This document shows positions 44,324 through 56,367 of a stretch of 64,000 bases of DNA, piece by piece. This DNA comes from Sporopachydermia quercuum. Taxonomy: Eukaryota. Every line of letters begins with the position of its first letter. Position 1 is the first letter of the stretch. Location: assembly GCA_001599295.1 (NCBI GenBank), contig BCGN01000004.1:1120138-1184137 (forward strand), in the 5' to 3' direction. The notes beneath the pieces were generated by a model. It did not search any database. It worked only from the letters and a program-made list of their open reading frames with translations, and was not told the DNA's origin. The position numbers were made by a program, and so were the translations under genes.

Positions 44324-47300
44324 ATGCATATTTTGAAGCTCCCGTGGCTCGGCCACAATGATGAGCACAGAGCTTTCGAAGTGTACTCAGTAAGCATATC
44401 AGGAGATGGGACACGATTGGCTTCAGGAGGACTTGATGGTAAAGTGAAGATATGGTCTACAAGTGACTCTGTATACTCAGAATTACCAAATGAAGAGAAT
44501 AGCACAAACAAACCCGAAGTTTTGAAAAAGCCATTGTGCAGCATGAGCACGCATACAGGTGCGGTTACAGTGGTTCGATTCTCACCTAATGGGAAATACC
44601 TAGCAACAGGATCTGATGATAGAGTGCTGTTGATATGGGAAAAAGATGAGGATTTTGTTAGATCGGAGTTTGGCTCAATGGGAGAAGAAGATATAGAACA
44701 TTGGGCGGTAAGGAAACGTTTAGTTGGTCATGAGAATGATATTCAAGATATCGCATGGAGTCCGGACTCTAGTATGGTGGTGTCAGTTGGGTTAGATAGT
44801 TCAATTATTGTTTGGAATGGGAATTCTTTCGAGAAAATCAAACAACTCAATATTCATCGGAGTTTAGTGAAGGGAGTTGTGTTTGATCCTGCCAATAAGT
44901 ATTTTGCTACAGCTTCTGACGATCGAACGGTTCGTATAATTAGATATCATAAGACATCTCCGACCGATATTACATTCACTCAGGAACATATTGTAAAGGA
45001 TCCTTTCACCAATTCACCACTTACTTCTTATTTCAAAAGACTTTCATGGTCTCCTGATGGAAGTTTTATTGCAGCACCTTCTGCAACAAATGGACCTGTT
45101 ACCTCAGTATCTATTATAAACAGAGGTAATTGGAGCACAGATGTTTCATTAATTGGTCATGATGCACCTTGTGATGTCACATGTTTTTCTCCAAGATTAT
45201 ACACAACTAAAAGATCAACTAAACTTGTTTTACCGGACAAACAGAAACGATTAAAGGAACCTATAATGAATCTAGTTGCAACTGGTGGTCAAGATTCTAC
45301 ACTCGCTATATGGGCTACATCCAGCCCAGCACCTGTAATGGTGGCGAATGATTTGACCACGAAACCGATAACCGATATAACATGGTCTAATGATGGAAGG
45401 AATATTTTTGTTAGTTCCCTTGACGGATCAATCACTGCATTATGTTTCAATGATGGAGAATTAGGATATGTGATGTCAATGGAACAAAACGAAATCGAAT
45501 TACATAAATATGGTGGAAATAATGATTCATTGTCTTTTCCTGAATCAGTAGCTCAATTGTTATTAGAAGATAAAGCTACAAATGCTGAGAAGCAAGCAAA
45601 TGAATCACGAATGGATCAACTCATGTTAACAAACACTACTTCCATTGCTNGCTCGCCGACTATTAAGGATTCAACTGGTAACCCTGTCCACCCTATTTCA
45701 GGACCATCATTGCCATCTCTGCATCAATCGTTAATTCCATCGGCTAGCAAAGTGATTGAACATGAACAAAAACATTCTGTCAAATTACAAGCTCAAAAAG
45801 TGTCGTTGACTAAAGATGGTCGTAAGAGGGTTGCCCCACTGTTGGTTTCATCAGGGCCAAGTGTTAAGAGAGCAACTTTGGCAACTAAATCGACCTCAAA
45901 ACTGTCAAAGGTATCTTCCTTCTCTTCTACTGACTCGGTAATTCCAACTTCTTGTGAAGGCTCCTCGCTGTTAACAAAGAAATCAACACTTAAGGCTAAG
46001 AAAGCAGATTTATCCTATCCTTCTTACACTCTTCCAAGAAATGGATTACAAGTGATAGTTATGGGTCAAAGGAAAAGAGAACCGGTGAAAGAGGATTTTG
46101 AAGTAGCAGCTCAGCAGGATCAACACGATGAAACGGAAGAGAATCAAATCAATAAAATAAGAACAGTGACAAGAATTAATGATGATTTTCGAAATAGTAA
46201 TGCAATTGATGCTTCAAGTCTTACATTATCAATTTTCAAATCGAAAAACAAAGGAAATAGAGGCAAAACGATAGGAAAAAATAACAATTCAGCAGATAAT
46301 NCTAACATTGGCTTTATTCGTGATGCATTATACACTCCTGAAGTCATTTACTCTGAACCTAAGCTTAGAGGTGCCAAAAGGCTCGTATTCAAAAGTCAAG
46401 CCGCTTCAATTACTGATGAGGCTAAGCAGTTTATCCCACTTACTTCTTTTCTAGAAGTAACAAACTTTGATGAGGACATTGATGGTACTACTGGAAATAA
46501 CGATAACAACCATAGTAATAGTTTTAATACTGGTAATAATAATAATAATAGCAGCACCGCTAATAATAGTAATAATGTCACTTCAGATCATTTAGAAGCT
46601 GCCAAGATAGTTGGAATTAAAAACGGTAATGTTCAATTCACTAATTTTATTGGCAGCAATGTTATTCGAGCTGTTGGTATTGAAGGATCATTTTGGGCAT
46701 TAGCAACTAATAAATCAGAGATTTATGTTTATTCTTCAAATGGGGCCCTTATGTTGCCTCCATTAGAATTAGATAGTTGCGGAATTGCAATTTTTGAAGC
46801 TAGAGGTAAATTTTTACTTGCTGTAACGAATAATGGACTAGTTCAATGCTGGAATATAAAACAGAGGATTGCGTTGTATGATGAATCTATTTCACTAGTG
46901 CCTATTATTGATTCTGAAACATATCTCAATGTACCAGTTGGGTCTTCTGCCAAAGTTAATAAATTTGAGATAAATCGTAAGATTGTTTATGCTACAATCA
47001 CTGAGAAAGGTGTGCCGATATTTCAACTTGATAATGGANATGTCTTTTGTTTCAATAATGATTTGCAATGTTGGTTGAGGATTGGGGATGAAGATCTTAT
47101 GAACGATGAAATGATTGGATTTCACTCAACTTTGCTATCGTTTTTAATGGCTAGAAAGAGAAGGCTTTTGGATAAGAAGGACGGTGAGAATGATAATAAT
47201 GGTGATGATGATGAAGCAAAGAATGGTCATCATGAAGATAATGTGCCAAATGTTTCAACTAATAATATTGAGAACGATCATAAACAAGATTCCATCTATG

Positions 47301-47455
47301 ATAAACGATCAATGTTTCTGGAAAGAGTTATATCTTCACTTTGGTCATTAGACATGTCAGATTGCGAGGATATGAACAACATTAAGAAGGTCTATCGAAC
47401 GTATCTACAAAATAATAACATTGGAAACAAACTTGAAGAGCTGGAAAGCATTTAG
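44324..47455 (+). CDS. HIR1: HIR complex histone chaperone subunit (HIRA family)
   Basis: N-terminal WD40 (RLASGGLDG, FDPANKYFATASDDR), B-domain TKDGRKRVAP, C-terminal Hira-like region. Confidence 0.92.
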   Translation: MHILKLPWLGHNDEHRAFEVYSVSISGDGTRLASGGLDGKVKIWSTSDSVYSELPNEENSTNKPEVLKKPLCSMSTHTGAVTVVRFSPNGKYLATGSDDRVLLIWEKDEDFVRSEFGSMGEEDIEHWAVRKRLVGHENDIQDIAWSPDSSMVVSVGLDSSIIVWNGNSFEKIKQLNIHRSLVKGVVFDPANKYFATASDDRTVRIIRYHKTSPTDITFTQEHIVKDPFTNSPLTSYFKRLSWSPDGSFIAAPSATNGPVTSVSIINRGNWSTDVSLIGHDAPCDVTCFSPRLYTTKRSTKLVLPDKQKRLKEPIMNLVATGGQDSTLAIWATSSPAPVMVANDLTTKPITDITWSNDGRNIFVSSLDGSITALCFNDGELGYVMSMEQNEIELHKYGGNNDSLSFPESVAQLLLEDKATNAEKQANESRMDQLMLTNTTSIAXSPTIKDSTGNPVHPISGPSLPSLHQSLIPSASKVIEHEQKHSVKLQAQKVSLTKDGRKRVAPLLVSSGPSVKRATLATKSTSKLSKVSSFSSTDSVIPTSCEGSSLLTKKSTLKAKKADLSYPSYTLPRNGLQVIVMGQRKREPVKEDFEVAAQQDQHDETEENQINKIRTVTRINDDFRNSNAIDASSLTLSIFKSKNKGNRGKTIGKNNNSADNXNIGFIRDALYTPEVIYSEPKLRGAKRLVFKSQAASITDEAKQFIPLTSFLEVTNFDEDIDGTTGNNDNNHSNSFNTGNNNNNSSTANNSNNVTSDHLEAAKIVGIKNGNVQFTNFIGSNVIRAVGIEGSFWALATNKSEIYVYSSNGALMLPPLELDSCGIAIFEARGKFLLAVTNNGLVQCWNIKQRIALYDESISLVPIIDSETYLNVPVGSSAKVNKFEINRKIVYATITEKGVPIFQLDNGXVFCFNNDLQCWLRIGDEDLMNDEMIGFHSTLLSFLMARKRRLLDKKDGENDNNGDDDEAKNGHHEDNVPNVSTNNIENDHKQDSIYDKRSMFLERVISSLWSLDMSDCEDMNNIKKVYRTYLQNNNIGNKLEELESI

Positions 47456-47681
47456 TGTATAATATTTTATAGGGTATATATAAAGGCATATATAGTGTTT
47501 AAAAGATGTATTGAGACATCTGGTGTATTTTTAGTGANTTCAGTTTCATTATACTGAATAGGACTAAATAATTGTTTGTTCTACATTGTAAAAAAGGAGA
47601 AATGATCAGTTTCCACGTTTCATTCTTAAGCCTCAATATACATCATAATATACAAGATGATCTGTTCACAATCATATTTAT

Positions 47682-48656
47682 CTAGCGGTTCTGCCTCGTT
47701 TTGAGAAATTTATTCAATTCTTTTGCCGGTAGTGCAATGCCCTCAGTATCCTTAGAGCAAACGAAACAGTTTGGAGATTTCCTGACTCGAGCAAGAAAAC
47801 AGCTTTCGCAAAAGTAGTGATCGCAGCTGGTTTTAATAGGATCCTTATAATCAGATTTACATATCACGCATTTGAAAGGAACGTCTTTCAATGTTGGTGG
47901 GATCCCATCATCATCATCTGCTTTATCCCCTTCCTGATGATGTTCATTTTCTGATATCTTTTTAGAGTTGATTTCCCATTCACGGTCAAGTTGCCATCCT
48001 GCCTTATAGTCTTCTCTTAAATGAAGGAACTTACAGGTATCACCATAACCACAATAGCCTGTTTGCTTATAATCTTTACAAACATCAGGTTGGTAATCCG
48101 TAACCATTGTGCTTCTTATGTTTGCTGCTGCCTTCATTGGACCAAATTTCTTCATTTTTGAGTTTTCTGTCTTGGTGATAAACTTCGCAATGCTCTGGTT
48201 CTTGCTTCCTTTATATACATTATCGAAATCAGAACTGTCATTATCGTCAATATTTGAATTTGCATCTTTTTCTTTTCTTGCTTGTTTTTCTAAAGCATCT
48301 TCCTCTAAAAGTCTATCATACTTGAAAGTGTCATGGTTTTCTTTTAATTCTATAGATTTTTCAGCTTCATATTGTATTCCTTTTGTTATTATACTGTTGT
48401 CGTTTGATCTAGCTTTATCTTCTATCTTATTGTTAGCTGCATTGATTCCAACTACCTTGCGTTTCTTAAATACTATAGGTTTACTATTCAGTACGGAGCT
48501 TGAGTTCGAATCAAATTCATCTGATGAGATATCACTATCTGATTCCGAGTCTGATCTTGCAAAATCCCGGTTCGTTTTCTTAGGATCATTACCAGTAGAT
48601 GCTATAACTTGCTCGGTGCGATTTCCATTTCCCTTAATATTTCGCTTCTTGAACAT
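47682..48656 (-). CDS. CWC24: Pre-mRNA splicing factor with CCCH and RING fingers
   Basis: DYQPDVCKDYKQTGYCGYGDTCKFLHLREDYKAGWQL and C-terminal RING. Confidence 0.96.
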   Translation of the reverse strand: MFKKRNIKGNGNRTEQVIASTGNDPKKTNRDFARSDSESDSDISSDEFDSNSSSVLNSKPIVFKKRKVVGINAANNKIEDKARSNDNSIITKGIQYEAEKSIELKENHDTFKYDRLLEEDALEKQARKEKDANSNIDDNDSSDFDNVYKGSKNQSIAKFITKTENSKMKKFGPMKAAANIRSTMVTDYQPDVCKDYKQTGYCGYGDTCKFLHLREDYKAGWQLDREWEINSKKISENEHHQEGDKADDDDGIPPTLKDVPFKCVICKSDYKDPIKTSCDHYFCESCFLARVRKSPNCFVCSKDTEGIALPAKELNKFLKTRQNR

Positions 48657-49705
48657 ATTTACAGGATTTTAAATCTCCAGTCTAATTATGCTTCATATAT
48701 TCTGTAAAAATCCTTCTTAATCTTATCTTTCCATCAATCCAAGGAGAATAAAAAAGCTCTATTCAACTATGCAAATTTCCATCACCACATATGCAGTGTA
48801 GCATTTCCAATTCCAATAGTGCCCGACTACAACAGAAAACCAATAAAAGCCCTTTCTGTAATATTTTGGTATCCGAAAAAGCTATACAGATCAAATAATC
48901 TTTGTCTTTTATCAAATCAATGAATAACAAATACTCCAACAGAGAGAAGATGCTTTCTAAGTAAGTGCGGAATTCCTTACAAGCTTCAATTCATATGTTG
49001 TCACGTGAGTGATTGATTTGCCGCTCGAACTTGATTATGTAATAAACAATCAGTATATTATTCTAATAGTGATTATGTGATCTATGATATGTTTCTGACG
49101 CAATAGAAATTAACTTTATTTTAATTGTATCTAATGAGCCTAACTAATTTGCATGAAGAAGGAATCCAATTTATAGGCTTGTTCATTGATGAAAAGACCA
49201 AGAAACTGAGATATAATAAATATATTAGAATATTAGAACGAATCAAATTGTTTGGATGATATTAGAGGGAAGTGATGCACAGGTCCTTTAAACAGCGAGG
49301 AGTGTTCTATTCATCAAGCTTGATATCATACTTATTTGAACTGAGCTGTCTGTGGCATTATCAACATTGAACCATTGTTTAGATTCGATCATTGACTGAT
49401 GTATGACTGGATCAGAATCTACTTATCCTGAGTTAAGATTTTTGAAAACGTTCGGAAAGAATCGTTGATTGACTGAATTTGTAGTTGATTTAATATTGGA
49501 AGTCGTTCCTTGTTCAATAGTTTGACTCAATATTTGAGGTTACATGGTTGGACGTGAATTGCCCCAAAGAGAAAACTTAGCTTCGACTGTGTTAATCAAA
49601 TAGAGTCTATTTGTATATGTGTGGAGACAATTCATAATTGGTGGTTTTTTAATTGTAAAGAGATAAAAAGCACTGCTTGGAGCTAGATTTTCAGAGATAG
49701 AAAGT

Positions 49706-51292
49706 ATGGCAGGAGGTACTTCTACTGCAGGATCCGTACAAGGTACTCCTGATGGATCTGCTGTAAAAGCTCGGTTCTCAGCGGCTGAAAATGTTGTTGA
49801 TCCTTTACGAAGGTCGAGCTTTCAATTTCCCTGTAGTACAGAACACGAAATGGACACTGATTCTACTTTAGACCTGACGGTGAAACGAGAAGACATACCA
49901 AAGAATGATGGTGCTGATAGTTACATAAATGAGGAAACAGCATCAAACCCAGGGTCAGTTCAATCTAATCAATTTTCCATTGGAGCATCGCCATTATTAT
50001 CGATAACCCCAGCAAGTATATCATCTGCATTAATGAAATCATATCCATATTTAATTGCAGCGGATAAAATATTGTCTATAATTACTTGGACAAATGACGA
50101 TATATGGGTGAACATTGCTGGATTATGTATACTCATCTTCGGAGTATTGTACTGGTCAGTTATTGTTCAGTATGTAGGCCATCTTCTAGCTGTAGCATGT
50201 CTTTGGTGGTACATGGTCTTTGTAAGATCTATTGGTCAATATGAAAAAGAGAATGCCACCTTTGATTCGGTAGTGCAAGTTCTAAATTCTGTGTCTACAA
50301 GGATGGACTTGTTGATATCGCCTATAAGTTTATTAGCCTTAACAGAAGATGATCTGAAGAGGTTCTTGTTCACTGTTTTATTTCTAACCCCTTTATTTCT
50401 TGTTGTATCATTGTTACTTTTATCCCCTAAATCTTTAACATTATTGGGTTTAGTTTTCATATACACCTATCACTCAGAATGGGCTAGAGTAACAAGAGCT
50501 GTGACCTGGAGATCGAGATATATTCGTTTATTGACGTTCTACGTCACCGGATTTGACTTCACAGGGGTAGGTAATAAGTTGCACCAATCAAACTACTCTA
50601 GTCCATTGACGAATTTCACCTCTCAACTACTAAATTCATCGTCAGCCGTTATCAAGAAAGCTATGACTTCCAATAAGCCGGTAAGGTTCACTTACTCGAT
50701 ATATGAAAACCAAAGACGTTGGTTAGGTATTGGTTGGACATCTAATTTATTGTCCTATGAACGGGGTCCTTGGACAGATGAGTTTCTCAATGAGGTCTCT
50801 CCTCCAGATTTATTCAAACTTCCTGATGTTGAAGGTTCTGGTATGAAATGGAGATGGATCGATCGAACTTGGAAACTGGATCTCACTAATGATGGATCAT
50901 TAATCTTACCTAATTCCAAAGTTAACCGTTTCACTGCTAATCCGAACAAAGATGATGGTTTTGTATATTATGATAACACATGGAAGAAAGCTTCATCTGA
51001 GGATTCATTTTCAAAGTATACCAGAAGAAGGAGATGGGTCAGAGCGGCCGAATTGGTACCACTAAGTACGATATCTGAGAAAGAACCAGAAGAGATAGAA
51101 GCTAGCACTACAACTAATGCAGCCACAAAAGAAATTGAGTCTGTTAAAACATCATTATCTGACTTATATGTCAATGAAATAAATAAAGCATTTGGAAGCT
51201 CGATTACGAATGCGAATCCGAATTCAAGTTCACCTACTGATTCCACTAGGAGAAAGAGCTTACGGTTCAGTGATGATATAAAAATTGATTGA
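49706..51292 (+). CDS. PEX30: Pex23/Pex30-family peroxin with reticulon-like and dysferlin domains
   Basis: YENQRRWLGIGW, WKLDLTNDG, FSKYTRRRRWVR; lies between CWC24 and RPL38 as in S. cerevisiae YLR323-325. Confidence 0.88.
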   Translation: MAGGTSTAGSVQGTPDGSAVKARFSAAENVVDPLRRSSFQFPCSTEHEMDTDSTLDLTVKREDIPKNDGADSYINEETASNPGSVQSNQFSIGASPLLSITPASISSALMKSYPYLIAADKILSIITWTNDDIWVNIAGLCILIFGVLYWSVIVQYVGHLLAVACLWWYMVFVRSIGQYEKENATFDSVVQVLNSVSTRMDLLISPISLLALTEDDLKRFLFTVLFLTPLFLVVSLLLLSPKSLTLLGLVFIYTYHSEWARVTRAVTWRSRYIRLLTFYVTGFDFTGVGNKLHQSNYSSPLTNFTSQLLNSSSAVIKKAMTSNKPVRFTYSIYENQRRWLGIGWTSNLLSYERGPWTDEFLNEVSPPDLFKLPDVEGSGMKWRWIDRTWKLDLTNDGSLILPNSKVNRFTANPNKDDGFVYYDNTWKKASSEDSFSKYTRRRRWVRAAELVPLSTISEKEPEEIEASTTTNAATKEIESVKTSLSDLYVNEINKAFGSSITNANPNSSSPTDSTRRKSLRFSDDIKID

Positions 51293-51788
51293 AGCGACAA
51301 TCTCATGTCTATTTATTTTTTGCATATATGGGTTATNAGATTTATCATAGGATACGAGTTTTACATATTTACCATTTACTGTAGTTCTTACTACTTGCTA
51401 ATGCATCTTATGGGAACAACATATTTTCACTGTTTCCATAAGTTTGCTCTCCGGTATTCGAACCGGCCGGTTAGCATATATTAACAACATTCCTACACAG
51501 ACCTTTCTTTCATAAGTACCTTGAAGAAAGACTATAGCTGGAATTACATTTCGTTTCTTCTTCTATTCAGATAACGAAGCAAAAACATTCGAGCAACCAA
51601 TACTATTATAATTTTTAAGGATTGGATGTCAATCATATGTTCTTTCGTAATTGAAAAACGGTTTGGAATAGTTTTGTAAATCATGTTGTAATTTTCTTAC
51701 GGAATTTATACTAATCAGTCACCTTTAAACCTTGCAAATTTTTATTGCGCAATTATTTTTTGATATTATATGTTGAATTGTAAATGAT

Positions 51789-52094
51789 TTAGGCGGAGAT
51801 TTCCTTGACCTTCAAAGTAGGAGGCAAGCTTTGAACCAATTTGTTGGCCTTGTCAGCATCGTTAACAACCAAAGTGTACAACTTGGAGGAACCTCTGATC
51901 TTGAACTTGGTTTGCTTGTACTTCTTACCAGCGGCGTTGATCTTATTATTTCTCTTGATGATGGCGTTCTTGACGTCGGCTCTTCTAGCCAAGTCAATGA
52001 ACTTCTTGATATCCTTAATTTCTTGCTATAGCATACGTTAGTGTGAGCTCACTCATTGTATTGAGTTAATGAACGTCTTTCAACTTACAGCCAT
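51789..52094 (-). CDS. RPL38: 60S ribosomal protein L38; exons 52094-52089, 52025-51789
   Basis: MA|QEIKDIKKFIDLARRADVK...TKFKIRGS; 63-nt GTAAGT-CACTAAC-TAG intron. Confidence 0.96.
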
Positions 52095-52689
52095 TGCGAA
52101 TATATGTACTGAGGTGTGTGTTTGTAGTTGATTGCAACTGGAAACCTCTAAATATGTNAATATATCTAAAATGTCTGTACTACACAATTGGTTTGAGATC
52201 TCTCCTGATGCATTATTAGTACAGGTCTTATTCCCAATTTCCAGTATGGGATGGTTCAGTGAATCTCCAATTCTCCACTGTCCCAATCTAGTGCGTGAGT
52301 TGGTTCTTTTTGTAATTTCTTGTAGGTTATTTTTATCCACATAATTAGATTATTTTAATGTCCAGTTTTAGGTTGAAGCCCTTTAGATATACACGTGATT
52401 CTATTTTATTTTTTGTCCGGATAACAGATTCAACTATTAGGACAATATATTCAGATATTGTTTCGGACTGTGTCCATTAAGCAAGACCCATTTTATAGGG
52501 TGTAACCTAACGAATATGGCGGTCCAACAAATCTTTCACTTTCAGGTTTTGTGTATGCTATCGTTATAATCAACAGTCCGGTTCTCGATACAATAAAATA
52601 CAAGAATCATTTGCTACAAGAATCAAATATCTTGTTTTTTGCCTTAGTTTTATTGACTGGTTTTTTCTCTTATAAAGGATATATCAATC

Positions 52690-53112
52690 ATGTTGTACGA
52701 ATTCGTTGGCATTGTCAGAAAACTGAGTACTCATTCGAATGAAGTCAAAGAGTAAGTGATGGTGAATGTTTAGGAAAAAGCTGTGATTAGAAGAGTTATT
52801 TTTAAAAACATTTGAAACTAACATTAAAATAGTGTTTGCAAAACTATGGGCAAACTGATAATAGAAAATAGAGGTGTAGTGAGAAGAATAGAACGACTGC
52901 CAATGACACAACTGCCAAGAATTGTTAAAAAGAATCAAGAGCGACATTTTCAAGGTGATCATTTCATAATACAGTTTGATGCGAGTGCTGCTGTCCAAAG
53001 GCAAGTTGTTAAAGCCATGATTTCGGATCCTCGATTGATTTATGGTAACGTTTTGAAGATCTCAGATTCCTCATTGAATGTTCCAATAGCGTTGAGATAT
53101 TTCCAACGATGA
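52690..53112 (+). CDS. MRP17: Mitochondrial ribosomal protein bS6m; exons 52690-52751, 52833-53112
   Basis: MLYEFVGIVR...GKLIIENRGVVR...HFQGDHF...DPRLI; GTAAGT-ACTAAC-TAG intron. Confidence 0.9.
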
Positions 53113-53895
53113 TCAAGATACTTAACATACACCTCTCTAATGATTTATCAGCATCTTATCAATCATTCTATCAAATCGTTCATTCAAATCCTATNGACTA
53201 ATGTTCTCATTTCATTACTGTAGATTGTAGTTAGATCTATTTTTGTATATATCAATATATCATATCACCTTTAAGTTAATACTGTATTGATCATAGAATA
53301 ATTACTAGTGCTTCCACAATGGTATCTACACCTTCGAAACCAAAGCTACGAAACGTGGCAAATCTCCAACCACATTCATCCATGTATTTCATTAATTCCA
53401 ATTCATTACCGTTGATTAAATCTACGTATTATGTCTAAGAGCTTATCTGGTCCTTTATATGTTAAAATATTGTTAATATTGTATTCAATAAACCAGTTCA
53501 ATGATATCAATGATTGTATATATGAAGTTCCGAATTGAGACATGAGGTCCATTCATGGTATCTCCTCCTCGCGCATATGATGTGTATGTAATCTCAATAG
53601 TATCATATAAGATAACAAAATACATTGCATATTCGAGTGTCGATTCTATGAGAATACTAGTTTATATTTATTATTTGTGCAGCAAACCGGTTTTCTTTCA
53701 CTTCAATAAAGATTTGAAAATAGTGGATGTCAAGGAAGCTTTTAATTGAATTGAAAGCCACCGCATCTCAGATCGTACATCCACATACTATTGAATGATA
53801 AAGGATAAGTAGATCTTGTGGAGATAGGTAGACCTTGTCTTTTTAGCATTTGCACAGACAAATAATAAAAAAAACTGAACAGATATATTGATAAA

Positions 53896-54998
53896 ATGAA
53901 ATTGTTTGAAGGCATATTTGGGAAGAGTATGACAACCCAGGAAAGGTTGAGAAAGGTATGGATGGATTCAGAGTGTTTAGTCCTCTATCATTGTTTGCTA
54001 TTTCACAGAGAAAGAAAGCAATAGTCTTAGTGTGGTCTTATTGTTCAATCGGCCTCACACTCTTAAGGAATAAACAAATCACTAACGTACTCAATTATTT
54101 GATTCTGTCCATAATAGCATCAAAGAGCCCTTGAGAGAACGCAGAGAGAGTTAGATAGAGAAAGAACAAAATTAGAGCAACAGGAGAAAAAGCTAATTGC
54201 TGATATTAAAAAGAATGCCAAAGCAGGTCAAATTGGTGCCTGCAAAATCCAAGCAAAGGATTTGGTTAGAACAAGAAAGTATGTGTTGGTTGCTTATTAT
54301 TAGGAGTTACTGTGTGAAGTAATGCATTGTTTTACGATTAATTTTAACTCTCAATCTTAGTTACATTAAGAAGTTCTATCAAATGAAAACTCAGTTGCAA
54401 GCAATTTCTTTAAGAATCCAGGTATGTTTGATCAGGTAGATTTCAATAAGCCAATATATAGAAGCCTGGTAGTTTCTTTTTTAGAAGGATTGAGCACTAA
54501 CATTTGAACATCTGATTTAGACTGTGAGAAGTAATGAGCAAATGATGCAGAGTATGAAAGGAGCTACAAGACTGTTGACATCAATGAATAGAAGCATGAA
54601 TCTACCATCATTGCAAAGAATAGCCATGGAATTTGAGAAGCAAAATGATATTATGGATCAACGTCAAGAAATGATGGACGATGCTATTGACGATGCCATG
54701 GGAGATGAGTTAGATGAGGAAGAAGAGTCTGAAGAGATTGTCAATCAAGTTCTAGATGAGATTGGAGTTGACCTCCGGAGCAATGTATGTTTAGGCTTGT
54801 CGTTTGAGAATAATGAGTGCTTTCCTTTATATGTTCTGTTAAAGCTGAGCTAAGCTAACATTCAAATTACAGCTTGTAGATGTTCCCACCAGTGTTTCGG
54901 CCGAGGCCAATAAGCCTCAGAAAGTTGCTCAAGCAATAGGTGGTGGGGATCCAGATGACGATGATTTACAAGCACGGTTGGATAGTTTGAAACGCTAA
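53896..54998 (+). CDS. DID4: ESCRT-III subunit Vps2; exons 53896-53955, 54118-54278, 54361-54421, 54521-54784, 54873-54998
   Basis: QERLRK|HQRALERTQRELDRE...LQAISLRIQ|TVRSNEQM...DDLQARLDSLKR; four introns. Confidence 0.95.
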
Positions 54999-55192
54999 AT
55001 GTGTGTACGCATTGTGTGCTCGTTGAGGTGATAGGCGTTAGTCGGTTACCATTAATTCAATTGTAAAAAGGTAGGTAAAAGCACATTTCCTAATAGATTG
55101 TTCTATCTCAACTGATGAAAACAATTGTTCAGCAAAACATGGAGTATAAACTGATGATAAATGAAATTTATAAGCTATGTAATGAAAGGAAT

Positions 55193-55789
55193 CTAGATCA
55201 ACTTATTTTCTTCCAAATACTTCCCAATTTCTGCAACACATTCTTCAACAGTGTTCTCAGCAGTCTTTAAATGTATTTCAGCAGCTTCAGGGGCTTCGTA
55301 TGGAGCTGAAATACCAGTAAACTCCTTGATGATGCCTTCTCTGGCCTTCTTATATAAACCTTTGGGATCTCTTTGCTCAACAACTTCTAAAGGAGCATCG
55401 ACAAAGACTTCAATGAAAGGCAAATTGTCCTTCTTATGTAAATCACGGGCCTTGTCTCTATCAACTCTGTAGGGGGAAATGAAAGAGGTAATGGCAACTG
55501 TGCAGCTGTCGTTGAATAATTTGGCAACCTCAGCAATTCTTCTGATATTTTCATTACGGTCGGCTTCAGAGAAACCCAAATCGTTGTTAAGTCCAAATCT
55601 GATATTGTCACCATCCAATCTGTAAGCACTTATCTTCTTTGATAGAAGATATTGTTCCAAAGCACAAGCGATGGTACTCTTTCCAGATGCTGATAAACCT
55701 GTGAGCCAAATAGTGAGACCACGTTGACCAGTCAATTCTTTTCGCTCTTGATGAGTCAAATTTGGGTGCCAAGTGATATTAGTAGCCAT
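55193..55789 (-). CDS. MET14: Adenylylsulfate (APS) kinase
   Basis: [18 protein letters not shown]-loop, [26 protein letters not shown]. Confidence 0.98.
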   Translation of the reverse strand: MATNITWHPNLTHQERKELTGQRGLTIWLTGLSASGKSTIACALEQYLLSKKISAYRLDGDNIRFGLNNDLGFSEADRNENIRRIAEVAKLFNDSCTVAITSFISPYRVDRDKARDLHKKDNLPFIEVFVDAPLEVVEQRDPKGLYKKAREGIIKEFTGISAPYEAPEAAEIHLKTAENTVEECVAEIGKYLEENKLI

Positions 55790-56024
55790 TTTGTTCTATC
55801 CCTGAATATGTCTATATCCGTTTCAAAGCTAAGATATTGTCTATAATCTAAGAAGTTGATAGTCAAGTTGTTTTATCATTTCGTGATCAATTACTTTGGT
55901 AGTAATTTAATGATCAGAAAGAAGCTTTCACTCTTTTGATAGATATGTTTTTCTATAACATCAATGAGTTTTTCACTTCGATTCTTACTGTCCGTTGCCG
56001 AGAGACTAGGAGGGACAATATTTT

Positions 56025-56156
56025 TCACGTGACAAACTTTGGTAAAAGTAAGCTCAGATCATCGTATGCCATTAATCAACTGGACAATTGCTTACCGGAC
56101 AGCAAAGTTTTTTCATTGCTCGGGTTTGTGGAAAATGTATGAGAACATATCACGTG
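56025..56156. promoter_or_regulatory. Two Cbf1-type sites upstream of MET14
   Basis: TCACGTG at 56025 and 56150, typical of sulfur-assimilation promoters. Confidence 0.6.
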
Positions 56157-56367
56157 CAGTATGTTTGATTGTAGATTAATGTAAGAATATGAGATGAGAT
56201 AAGAATATTAGGACAACGAATAGTAGCCGATAAGCAGAGTTGAATTAATTCAGATTGAGAAATACCATTAAATAGTTATCTAAGAAAAATGAAAAGCTTA
56301 CAAAGTGATCGGATTTTATACCACGTTAATACCCAAATATGCCATTACTTTCTTATATCTACACGAA

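Noticed and set aside
51451..51466. B-box-like GGTTCGAATACC (minus strand) in a small hairpin
   Set aside because: No cloverleaf or A box, so not a tRNA; an isolated TFIIIC site cannot be supported from sequence alone.
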